64,000 nt of DNA, from contig CAVSQB010000011.1 of the NCBI GenBank assembly GCA_963729895.1, positions 64,001 through 128,000 of the forward strand, in the 5' to 3' direction. Positions 21,080-29,659 of this stretch are shown piece by piece (the stretch's first letter is position 1; the number at the start of each line of letters is the position of its first letter). The position numbers and the translations under genes are program-made. The stretch comes from an uncultured Fibrobacterota bacterium (GTDB taxonomy: Bacteria > Fibrobacterota > Chitinivibrionia > Chitinivibrionales > FEN-1185). Under the pieces are notes generated by a model that was not told the DNA's origin, searched no databases, and was given only the letters and a program-made list of their open reading frames with translations.

Positions 21080-21925
21080 ATGCCTAATCTCTATGAATAT
21101 GTAAACTACCGGTTGTTTCTGCAGGACTTTCTCGCGGAACACAAGAAAGACTCGCAGCCGGATTTTTCCCACAAGGTGATCCTTGCCAAAATGGGAATTT
21201 CTTCCACCGGCTTTCTGTCCAACGTCATGGCAGGCAGGAAAAACCTCACGCCGATCCAGATCATCAAGCTTGCAAAAATCCTCAGGATGAACAAGGCGGA
21301 GTCCGCCTATTTCGAGGCGATGGTGTACTTTACGCAGGCGAAACTTATCGACGAAAAGAACGAGTATTTCAACCGGCTCGTGACGCTGCAAAAGGTAAAT
21401 CTGAAAGTGCTCGACAAGAAGAAGATGTCCGTTTTTTCCAAATGGTACTATGTCGTGGTTCGGGAACTGCTGTATTTTTACAGGTATAACGGGACCAATC
21501 CGTCCGCCCTCGGCCACAAAGTGGAGCCGACCATCAGGCATTCCGAGGCGGACCAGGCGATTCGCTACCTGGAGGAACTTGGTCTCATACAGAAAGATAA
21601 GGAAGGCTACTACAAACAGGTCGAGAACGCGGTGACGTCCGGCGATGAAGTGAAGTCGCTCCATCTCACCAATTTCCAGCTCGCCACGATGGACCTCGCA
21701 AAAAGGTCCATCCAGAAAATCCCTGCCGCGGAAAGGGACGTTTCGGTCCTGACAATGACCCTGTCTCCGGACACTTTCCAAATGGTAAAATCCGAACTGC
21801 AGCACATCAGAAAGCGGATCGCGAAAATCGCCGTGGACGAGGACAAGCCCGACAGGGTGTACCAGCTCAATATCCAGTTTTTCCCGGTTTCAAAGAAACC
21901 GGAAGTGCGTGCACCAAATGAATAG
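21080..21925 (+). CDS. TIGR02147 family protein (HTH-containing)
   Basis: 'LYEYVNYRLFLQD', 'GFLSNVMAGRKNL', 'KWYYVVVREL', 'RDVSVLTM', 'VYQLNIQFFPVS'. Confidence 0.88.
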   Translation: MPNLYEYVNYRLFLQDFLAEHKKDSQPDFSHKVILAKMGISSTGFLSNVMAGRKNLTPIQIIKLAKILRMNKAESAYFEAMVYFTQAKLIDEKNEYFNRLVTLQKVNLKVLDKKKMSVFSKWYYVVVRELLYFYRYNGTNPSALGHKVEPTIRHSEADQAIRYLEELGLIQKDKEGYYKQVENAVTSGDEVKSLHLTNFQLATMDLAKRSIQKIPAAERDVSVLTMTLSPDTFQMVKSELQHIRKRIAKIAVDEDKPDRVYQLNIQFFPVSKKPEVRAPNE

Positions 21926-23603
21926 GACGCCGCGCATGGTATTCCCCCTGTTGTTTCGCGTGCTGTGCTGCGCGTGGACGGGCGCGTTTTTTTCCTGTTC
22001 GTTCAACATGGCGGGAAGCGTTACCGAAGGCGGGAACGTGGAAGTGGCGGGCGTCGTGGTCGCGCCGGACGGGAAACCCGTTTCCGGCGCGCAGGTGGCC
22101 CTCAGAACGAGTGACTACCTCACAGACACCGCGGGGATCATGCCGCCGAGGAGCGCATTCGCCAATGCGGTCACCGACAACAATGGCCGGTTCAAGCTGG
22201 ACTCGCTTGAAGCAGGGGAATATTGCATTACGGCAACCGTTGGGGAATCGCTTGCGATTTTGGTGAGGCTGGATGCCCGGCCCGGTTCCATCACGCTTCC
22301 GCCGGACACGCTTCGCGCCGCCTCCAAGATTTCAGGGGTCGTAGTCAACCAGTCGAAGGCGGCGAATGCAACGTATGTGCAGGTATTCGGCCTCGACAGG
22401 ATTGCGAGGGTCGACAGTGCATCGGGAGCGTACCAGTTGACGGCGATCCCGGAGGGGACCTACCGGCTGCAGGTTGAGGTGTCGTCGCCTTTGTTCAAGC
22501 CGCTTACGGTCCCCAACGTGACCTGTTCGCAGGGGCAGATCAAGATCGTTGACACCATAGCCATTGCTCCGTTCTACGGCGAAGATTATTCGGTGTGGCC
22601 CTATTCCATGACCGTAAAATTTTATACGACTCCGGCCGGGGCATCTGTGGCGGGGACCGTGGTGAATTTCCCCGCGGTCGTGAGACTCAGGGGCCCTGTT
22701 TTCCCCTTTGGTCAATGCCTTGCCGACGGTCATGATCTCCGTTTTGCAAACGGCAAGGGAGTCCATCTTCCCTTTGAAATCGAACGGTTCGACCCGAGCG
22801 ACAGCATAGCCGATGTCTGGGTCCTGGTGGATACTGTCAAGGGAAACGATTCGACGGCGATTACCATGTACTGGGGGAACCAGAATGCGGTGGCGCAATC
22901 GCTGGCGTCATCGGTTTTCGACACCGGCTCGGGCTACGAGGCCGTGTGGCACCTTAACAACAGAGGCCTTACCGACCGGGTGGACGCAACGGCCAACGCC
23001 GACAACGCAATACCTGCGCCGGGCACCTACGAAGGCGACGAGTGGACCTACGGGCTCATAGGCGGGTGCGACAGTCTTGACGACAACGACGACCACCTGG
23101 TTGCGCCGAGCATCAACCCGGGAAAAACCGTGACCCTCAGCATGTGGATCAACATGTACGAAATGACGGCTTCCCTCAGGCAATATTTCATCGGAAAACC
23201 AGGTCCCGTCTCGGGTAAACCGCCGTTCTATTCTCTCATGTTTTCGCAAATCGACAATCAAAGCGGCGCCTTGGCCATGAATGCCACGACAAACGGCAAG
23301 CCGGATTCTGTGAGCGGGGGGACTTTGACGCTTAACGCATGGTACAACGTTGTCGGCACCTACGACGGCGCATCCTTGAAGGTATACGTAAACGGGGTCC
23401 TGGCTGGCAGCAAGCCGGTTGCCGGGCCGGTGGACACAAGCGCCGCCAATGTCTATATCGGCTACTACGATAAGCTGTCCCAGAAACTGCACGGCAAGAT
23501 CGACGAGGTGAGGATCATGAAGACGACTGCGGGTGGCGACTTCATAAAACTAAGCTACGAAAATCAGAAAGAGAACTCGACGATGGTCGGGTTCGGCAAC
23601 TAG
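21918..23603 (+). CDS. lipoprotein with carboxypeptidase-regulatory-like, DUF2341 and LamG domains
   Basis: Lipobox-like 'FFSC', 'AGSVTEGGN'; DUF2341 'DGHDLRF..LPFEIE..ITMYWGN'; LamG 'GTYDG..YVNG..GKIDEVRI'. Confidence 0.8.
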   Translation: MNRTPRMVFPLLFRVLCCAWTGAFFSCSFNMAGSVTEGGNVEVAGVVVAPDGKPVSGAQVALRTSDYLTDTAGIMPPRSAFANAVTDNNGRFKLDSLEAGEYCITATVGESLAILVRLDARPGSITLPPDTLRAASKISGVVVNQSKAANATYVQVFGLDRIARVDSASGAYQLTAIPEGTYRLQVEVSSPLFKPLTVPNVTCSQGQIKIVDTIAIAPFYGEDYSVWPYSMTVKFYTTPAGASVAGTVVNFPAVVRLRGPVFPFGQCLADGHDLRFANGKGVHLPFEIERFDPSDSIADVWVLVDTVKGNDSTAITMYWGNQNAVAQSLASSVFDTGSGYEAVWHLNNRGLTDRVDATANADNAIPAPGTYEGDEWTYGLIGGCDSLDDNDDHLVAPSINPGKTVTLSMWINMYEMTASLRQYFIGKPGPVSGKPPFYSLMFSQIDNQSGALAMNATTNGKPDSVSGGTLTLNAWYNVVGTYDGASLKVYVNGVLAGSKPVAGPVDTSAANVYIGYYDKLSQKLHGKIDEVRIMKTTAGGDFIKLSYENQKENSTMVGFGN

Positions 23604-23631
23604 TTTACGGCGCCCGTCTCCCCAAAAAGAA

Positions 23632-24284
23632 TCATCCTCTGATCCGCGCAAGCCGCACGATCTCGACCCTCGTCTTTCCTTCATTTACGCGTTCTTCCCA
23701 CGAAACCCGCGAACTGAATCCTGCGGCACGGGCAGCGATCTTAAAGGTATCCCACCATTGCCTGCACGGGTCAGCGACATAGGCAATGCCTGCGGGCCTG
23801 AGTGCACTGCAAAGAAAGCGGAGAACTGGTTCCACCCACCGCTGTTCGTAAATGATGTCCGACGCGATGACGCAGTCGAAGACGGGGGGAAACAAACGTG
23901 GCGCCAATCGGTACATACCACATGCGCCCCCCGGGCGTGCAGAAGCATGTTGTGCCGCGTAAATCGGCACGCGTCAAGAGCAATATCGGTTGCGACGCAG
24001 CGGACTTCCCTGTTGACAAGGACGGACGAGACGATGCCGAGGCCGCATCCAAGTTCGCAGACCAGCGCGGACGGCGGCAAAGCGGTGCCGGAATGGGCGG
24101 CCATGAAATTGAACAGCGCAAACGATGCCGGCCATTGTTCGGCCCAATAGGGAAGCAGCTTGTCTTTCTCGTATTCCTCGTCGGTCATGGCGTCGAGAAT
24201 GCTTTCGGGGTCTGCGGGCCGCACAAACTCAAACGGTGCGCCCGCGCAGGGCATGGAAAAAGAAACGTGAGGAACACGGAGCAT
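23632..24284 (-). pseudogene. class I SAM methyltransferase (Methyltransf_16-like), split by a single-base frameshift
   Basis: One frame carries 'PYWAEQWPAS' and 'ELGCGLG'; another carries 'FDCVIASDIIYE' and 'ADP'; the frames join at the C6 tract 23884-23889. Confidence 0.8.
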
Positions 24285-24547
24285 GGTGTAAAACTACCTT
24301 GCGCCGCTTTACCGCGTCGCATGATCCTTCTTCCGTCAGGCTGATCACCAACTTGTCCGGCGGGAATTGTGTGCCAAGCCTACCGCAGAAGCGGAAACGT
24401 GCAGCATCCGGCTGTGCTCAAACCGACCCGGGAGTTGCCCGAACAGGCCATTATTTGGGTTGACCGCGGCCCGAAGAAGGGGTATAATCAAGGTGCAAAA
24501 ACGGCGGTTGAAGGGCGGCATTTTCACACAACAGGCGAGGACCGGCG

Positions 24548-24796
24548 ATGAAGGGAAAATACTGCAAGCTCTACGACGAGACCCTTGTGCGCAACATCAT
24601 GATCTCCACGGGCCTGGCGATTGTCGAGTATGTCAAGGAATCAAAAAGCGTGGATGCGGTTGATATATGCGATTTTGTCGAGCAGAATGCCGAGCATATC
24701 ATCGAGAACACCATCGAAGACATGAACCACGAGCTTTCCGACGACCCGGCCGAGGCCGATGAGGAACCGGACGGGGAGGAACCGCCGTTTCCTTGA
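24548..24796 (+). CDS. small acidic hypothetical protein (82 aa)
   Basis: GAGG RBS, coding-like codon usage; co-oriented upstream of tRNA-Leu. Confidence 0.65.
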   Translation: MKGKYCKLYDETLVRNIMISTGLAIVEYVKESKSVDAVDICDFVEQNAEHIIENTIEDMNHELSDDPAEADEEPDGEEPPFP

Positions 24797-24860
24797 CGGC
24801 TGCACCTGCCCCGTGTTGCGCGGGCGGCCCACATCAATTAATTTACTACACCGCATTTGG

Positions 24861-24944
24861 GCCGAGGTGGCGGAATTGGTAGACGCAGTGGACTCAAAAT
24901 CCACCGAGAGCAATCTCATGAGAGTTCGATTCTCTCCTTCGGCA
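24861..24944 (+). tRNA. tRNA-Leu(CAA)
   Basis: Acceptor stem GCCGAGG/CTTCGGC; anticodon arm GTGGA-CTCAAAA-TCCAC; long variable arm; GTTCGATT T-loop; CCA not encoded. Confidence 0.95.
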
Positions 24945-25115
24945 ATCCCCGAAAATGTAGTTTTTGATAAGAAGATCGCGGTCTCTTTTGTTCTCCTTGT
25001 ATAACGCCGCAACTCCGGGAAATACCGCCGAACAGGGACTCCGTTATGTTGAAACGTTCTTGAGGCGACATAGGTTTCCGCCTAGTGAGGCCCCACGGCT
25101 TCCGCCCAAACAGAC

Positions 25116-25168
25116 GGGGCTACCCACGCGATCCGGAAATCCGTTTTCCGGATCGCGTGGGTAGCCCC
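25116..25168. repeat. perfect 24-bp-arm hairpin between convergent transcripts
   Basis: GGGGCTACCCACGCGATCCGGAAA-TCCGT-TTTCCGGATCGCGTGGGTAGCCCC. Confidence 0.85.
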
Positions 25169-25190
25169 TGATTTTCGCAGATCAAAACAG

Positions 25191-26736
25191 TTACCAACCG
25201 ATCGCGACCGCTATCCACTGGACATTGTTAATGCCCATAAACGCCTGATGGCCGCCGTCGTCGTCATAGGCAAACCCGTAGCAGTAATTGTTTATCGACC
25301 GGCGGTGGCACCATCTTGAAAAATAATTGCACGGCGATGCTTGGTAGTAACTGGCGGAGTCATTGACGCGCCAGTTTGCAAACTGAGTGCCCTGGGGAAG
25401 CATTCCGACGTGCCTGTTGTAGGCGGCGCAATAATCGGGCGAAGCGCCCAAGTTCCCCGCACACGCCAAAACGTTCCAGGCAGTCTCTTTGCCGGGCGCG
25501 CCCGGGTTGTGGGCTATCACCGAATCCTGGTATCTTTCGAAATAATTTGCAAACACGCCGCCCGTGCTGTAATAGTTTGTAGCCATCATCTGGGGTGAAT
25601 AGATATTGGCAAAATTCACTTGGGCAAGAGGGGTGAATTCCTTCGGCACCTCGTTCAGGAATTCATCAAATTTTGCCTGGCGTGTTTGAAAGAACGTTTC
25701 ATAGTCGTCGCCCATTATAGTGTCGATACCGGTAGAAGTATGGAGCCGGAAGGCTATTGGAAGCCTCCATCCGTCCACGCGGGTGGAATTACCGTTGAAC
25801 ATGTTGCCGTTCCAGTTAACTTCAAGAAAATCAAAATATCTGCTGTTGGAGTCGGTGGGATCAATATAGATGTAGAATCTTTCGCTGGCGATCGGCGTTG
25901 CATTCTGCTGGGAAAGCGGGGTCTTGTTCGCACCCCAGCAAATCTTGCTGTCCGGCCATGCGCCGTTGGTCCTGTTCAGGATAACAAACTGACCGTTCTT
26001 CGGATAGGTGCTCGTGTCACCCCAGAAGGCGGCGATTGAGGCCTTGTCGCCGGTCCATGTAGTGGTCTTCGTCAACACGAAATCGTAGTGTCCCACGAGC
26101 GTGTCAACCGGCGTGACTCCTATCGAGTAACCCGGCTCGGTTGCGCGCAGAGTGTCCACCATGGCTGCGAGTTTTTCCAGCCTGGCCTGGAATTCGGGAA
26201 CGTTTTGAGCCATAGTTGCGCCCTGAACACGTGAAAGCGGCCGGAATTTTAAAACGGTTGTCGCGCCGTTGACGGTCACGCGAAGCAGATAGTACTGGGA
26301 CGAAATTCCGCGTGTGTCAACCGATACTGAGTAATTTCCCCTGGCCTGGGCGCCGTCCATCACGTCCCGCACGTACCTGCCGGCAAGATCATACATGCTC
26401 ATTTTCACCCAGGCTTTGCCCGGAAGAACGCTGAACAGTACTCTGCCACCCGCGTACACCGGCTTTGAATAGACATCCAGCCCTATCTTCTTTGATTACG
26501 TTGACCGGAGGGCAAGCCCCTGTTCCCAGTTGGTAATTTCCGCCGGCGTCCGTTGTGACCAGGTACGGCGCTGGCCCATACCCGTTATCATACGTTGCCT
26601 GGCCCAGCCTGACCACCGTATGGGTCAGGGGATTCCCGTTCGGATCCGTAACCCTTCCGCAAATGTTGACAGTCTGGCAAAGAACAGACCCGGCGAAAAA
26701 CGCCACCATCAGACACACCGCTGCTGATCTTTTCAT
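25191..26736 (-). pseudogene. secreted GH64-like beta-1,3-glucanase with internal CTD-like domain, split by a frameshift
   Basis: ORF 26389-26736 has the signal peptide; ORF 25191-26459 has 'NSTRVDG.RLPI' and 'YGFAYDD'; removing one base at ~26492 gives a 515-codon frame. Confidence 0.7.
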
Positions 26737-27111
26737 TTCATCCCCCCTTTTTTTAATGATTAGGACTCAAAAAACGTACAATAGTCCCCTCGCCATTCTT
26801 ACTCTTCTTCATTTTAGAGATCCTCACGCAGGCTGGAATGCGGTTGCCGGCCTACAGCTTAATCGCTAAAGAATTTCCAGGGCGTGAACTGTCCTGCCTT
26901 ACACGTTCCGGCAACTGTTTCACACACTATAAGATACAAAAATATCCGTGAAATACCTTAGAAAAGTTTAACCAATTGGGGAAATCGCGCGGGAACCGGC
27001 AGCATCACACGCCGCATTTTTGTCGCAGGGGACCTTTCCGCGCCGAACGGTTGTCATCTATATTATTTTTAACCGGATCAATAAGTCCTGCAGGGTACAA
27101 AGGAGAACCGT

Positions 27112-28512
27112 GTGAACCATCGGCTCTTGGTCGCGGCTGTTGCTATTTTCCTGATTGTTGATTGCGGTACGAATCCGACCAAGCCTGCGGCGCCGGAGGC
27201 GCCTGCGATTACATCCGCCGTTGGTGGCGACAGAGAAATAACGATTACCTGGGAGGCGGTCGGGGGTGCGTCGTCGTACAATCTTTACTGGGAGGTGGGA
27301 GACACGGTGGCGGCCGCCGGCGGACAGGAGGTCACGGGCGCTACTTCGCCATTTGTGTTGACGAGCTTGATAAACGGAGTTCGCTACGCAGTAGCGGTTA
27401 CCGCTGTAGACTCCGCAGGGGAATCGGGATTGAGCCTGCCTGCAACGGCGACCCCGGATTTGCGACCCGGAGCGCCGAGCATCACAACCCAGCCGCAATC
27501 GCAGACGGTGGCCGCCGGACAGAGTGTGACGCTCAACATTGTCGCCGTGGGTACTCCGCCTCTTGCATATCAATGGTACAGGAACGACACTGCAATTTCC
27601 GGGGCGACTTCATCAAGGTATTCCATATCTGACATACAGACGGATAATGCAGGAACCTACACCGTCACGGTATCCAACGGCATCGTGCCGAACGCAACGA
27701 GCAACAGGGCGGTGCTGACCGTGAATGCGGCCGTGCCCACCGCAAAGCCGTGGGCGCCATCTGGAAGGAACGACCTGACGTTCTCCGGCCGCATGGTGCT
27801 GATAAAAGCGGCAGGATACGGTTTTGTCATGGGATCGGAAGATTCCCTTGATTATGGGGCATCACCGTCGCATATTGTTTCATTCGCAAAAGATTACTAC
27901 CTTGACACGACGGACGTGACGCAGGCGCAGTATCAGGCTGTGATGGCGACGAACCCGTCGCGATTCACCGGTGACACGAACCGTCCGGTAGAACAGGTCT
28001 TCTGGTACGATGCAGCCAGGTATTGTAACCGGCGCAGTATTCTTGAGGGTTTGACGCCATGCTACGACACCACGACCTGGAACTGCACTATCGGCGCCTC
28101 GGGGTATCGCCTTCCCACCGAAGCCGAATGGGAATACGCATGCAGGGGAGGGACAACGACCGGATATTTCTGGGGTGACGGTTCGGACAGCGCGACCATT
28201 GGACAATATGCGTGGTATTACGCAAACAGCGGCGCGACAACGCAGCCGGTCGCACGGAAACGGCCGAATGCTTACGGGTTGTATGACATGAGCGGCAACG
28301 TGTGGGAATGGTGCAACGACTGGTTCGGGAGTTATACTACAGGGCCGCAGGCCGACCCCACGGGACCGGCGACAGGCAGTTATCGCGTGTTGCGCGGAGG
28401 CTCGTGGGACGACGGCTATGTCGGTTACATGTACCTGCGCTCCGCATATCGGTACGGAATGGACCCGAACGTCAATGATTGCATTTATGGGTTCCGGTGC
28501 GTCCGGCGGTAA
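27112..28512 (+). CDS. lipoprotein with FN3, Ig-like and FGE-sulfatase (SUMF1/C-type lectin fold) domains
   Basis: 'IVDC' possible lipobox; 'PSITTQPQS..YQWY'; 'YRLPTEAEWEYACR', 'NAYGLYDMSGNVWEWC', 'RVLRGGSW', 'GFRCVR'. Confidence 0.88.
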   Translation: MNHRLLVAAVAIFLIVDCGTNPTKPAAPEAPAITSAVGGDREITITWEAVGGASSYNLYWEVGDTVAAAGGQEVTGATSPFVLTSLINGVRYAVAVTAVDSAGESGLSLPATATPDLRPGAPSITTQPQSQTVAAGQSVTLNIVAVGTPPLAYQWYRNDTAISGATSSRYSISDIQTDNAGTYTVTVSNGIVPNATSNRAVLTVNAAVPTAKPWAPSGRNDLTFSGRMVLIKAAGYGFVMGSEDSLDYGASPSHIVSFAKDYYLDTTDVTQAQYQAVMATNPSRFTGDTNRPVEQVFWYDAARYCNRRSILEGLTPCYDTTTWNCTIGASGYRLPTEAEWEYACRGGTTTGYFWGDGSDSATIGQYAWYYANSGATTQPVARKRPNAYGLYDMSGNVWEWCNDWFGSYTTGPQADPTGPATGSYRVLRGGSWDDGYVGYMYLRSAYRYGMDPNVNDCIYGFRCVRR

Positions 28513-28565
28513 AGGACCTGTTTCCATGGCCTCACCAAGGCGCCAAAGTGGTTTTTTCCGAGCGT

Positions 28566-28703
28566 ATTGAAGAACCTCGCAGCAAGCTGCGAGGAAAAGG
28601 CAAATGGCATAATGACTAGCGTGAAGCGCTACCACCATCCCGTTACGAATGAAATGACAATCTTCCATCCCTATGGAAGAAGACATATTTATAGTCGCTC
28701 GCT
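28566..28703 (+). repeat. ~140-nt dispersed repeat unit starting with hairpin CCTCGCAGCAAGCTGCGAGG
   Basis: First 36 nt recur at 30925-30960 (32/36); distal parts recur inverted at 50415-50458 (34/44) and 50550-50594 (38/45). Confidence 0.75.
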
Positions 28704-28819
28704 ACGGGATTCAAAAAAAACCAGCGAATCATGTGCACGTGTGTTTGCTCGTCTCTTGCGTTTACGGGAATGTTTTGACAAATAAGCGAATCTGCATCAT
28801 CCCTTCCAACGACTCTTCA

Positions 28820-28879
28820 TGGGTGCCCCCAACCGAAGTTTTGATTTCCGCCGCAGCTTTGTCTTGGGGGTCACCCGGC
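28820..28879. repeat. REP-like inverted repeat element, copy 2
   Basis: TGGGTGCCCCCAA...TTGGGGGTCACCCGGC; related to 20033-20090. Confidence 0.6.
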
Positions 28880-28960
28880 CATCCATAAATTCTTCAATTT
28901 TCAAGTTCCAACATCAATCCTCACCCGCCCGCTTTATTTTGTAATTAATGTGTAATAATA

Positions 28961-28989
28961 TTGACAATTGGAAGGATGTATTGTAAAAT
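28961..28989 (+). promoter_or_regulatory. near-consensus sigma70 promoter of the pilin gene
   Basis: TTGACA-17 nt-TAAAAT, preceded by an AT-rich UP-like tract. Confidence 0.75.
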
Positions 28990-29125
28990 CATCTTGGAGC
29001 ATTGGACCCTGCATGAGCCCTGGCGCTCGGGAAGGGAGGTTTCCATGTTGCATGATACCCACACCATGCAAGTGCATGTGCAACAGTGAATTGTTCCACG
29101 GGGAATGTAACCCTGGGGGCTTAGT

Positions 29126-29554
29126 ATGAAAAACTTTCTTGGCAGAACAAAAGGATTTACGCTTGTCGAACTCATGGTGGTGATTGTAATCATCGGCATT
29201 CTTGCCGCGGTTGCGATCCCCAAGTTTGTGGATGCCTCCCAAAAGGCAAAGGCGTCCGAATTTCCGACCCAGTTGACGGCTATGTACACAGGCCAGTTGG
29301 CATATCAGGCGCAGACCGGCTTCTACGTAACGTCTTTGCAGAACCTGAGAGACTCCGCGAGCGTTGATATTCCGTCCTCAAGCAGATGGTTCAGTTACTC
29401 AATGCCTTCCGCCTCCGCCTCCAGTTTTGTCGGCGAAGCAACCGTTGCTACCCCATTTGGAAGCGCGACGGGCTCGGACTATGGCGCCATCGATCAAACC
29501 AATTCGAAGTACTGCACTACTAATTTGCAGAGATACTGTCCGAGCTGGAAGTAG
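29126..29554 (+). CDS. type IV pilin (PilA-like)
   Basis: Class III signal 'KG^FTLVELMVVIVIIGILAAVAIPKF'; C-terminal Cys pair. Confidence 0.93.
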   Translation: MKNFLGRTKGFTLVELMVVIVIIGILAAVAIPKFVDASQKAKASEFPTQLTAMYTGQLAYQAQTGFYVTSLQNLRDSASVDIPSSSRWFSYSMPSASASSFVGEATVATPFGSATGSDYGAIDQTNSKYCTTNLQRYCPSWK

Positions 29555-29579
29555 CAACGGCAACAGAGCTCGACGCAAA

Positions 29580-29616
29580 AAAAAAGCCCCGCGCAGGAAA
29601 GATGCGGGGCTTTTTT
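29580..29616 (+). terminator. intrinsic terminator (bidirectional-type) after the pilin
   Basis: AAAAAAGCCCCGC-loop-GCGGGGCTTTTTT. Confidence 0.85.
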
Positions 29617-29659
29617 ACGATCAATGTGCGCAGCGAAACGCAAAGAGGTATACTGAAAT

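Noticed and set aside
28567..28785. Small ORFs sharing an 'IF.P.G.R.IYSRSL' peptide (also 50180-50623)
   Set aside because: Better explained by the shared nucleotide repeat, whose segments are rearranged between copies
29036..29052. sigma54 promoter (GG-N10-GC) before the pilin
   Set aside because: Poor -24 element (AGGTTT versus TGGCAC) and a much better sigma70 promoter upstream
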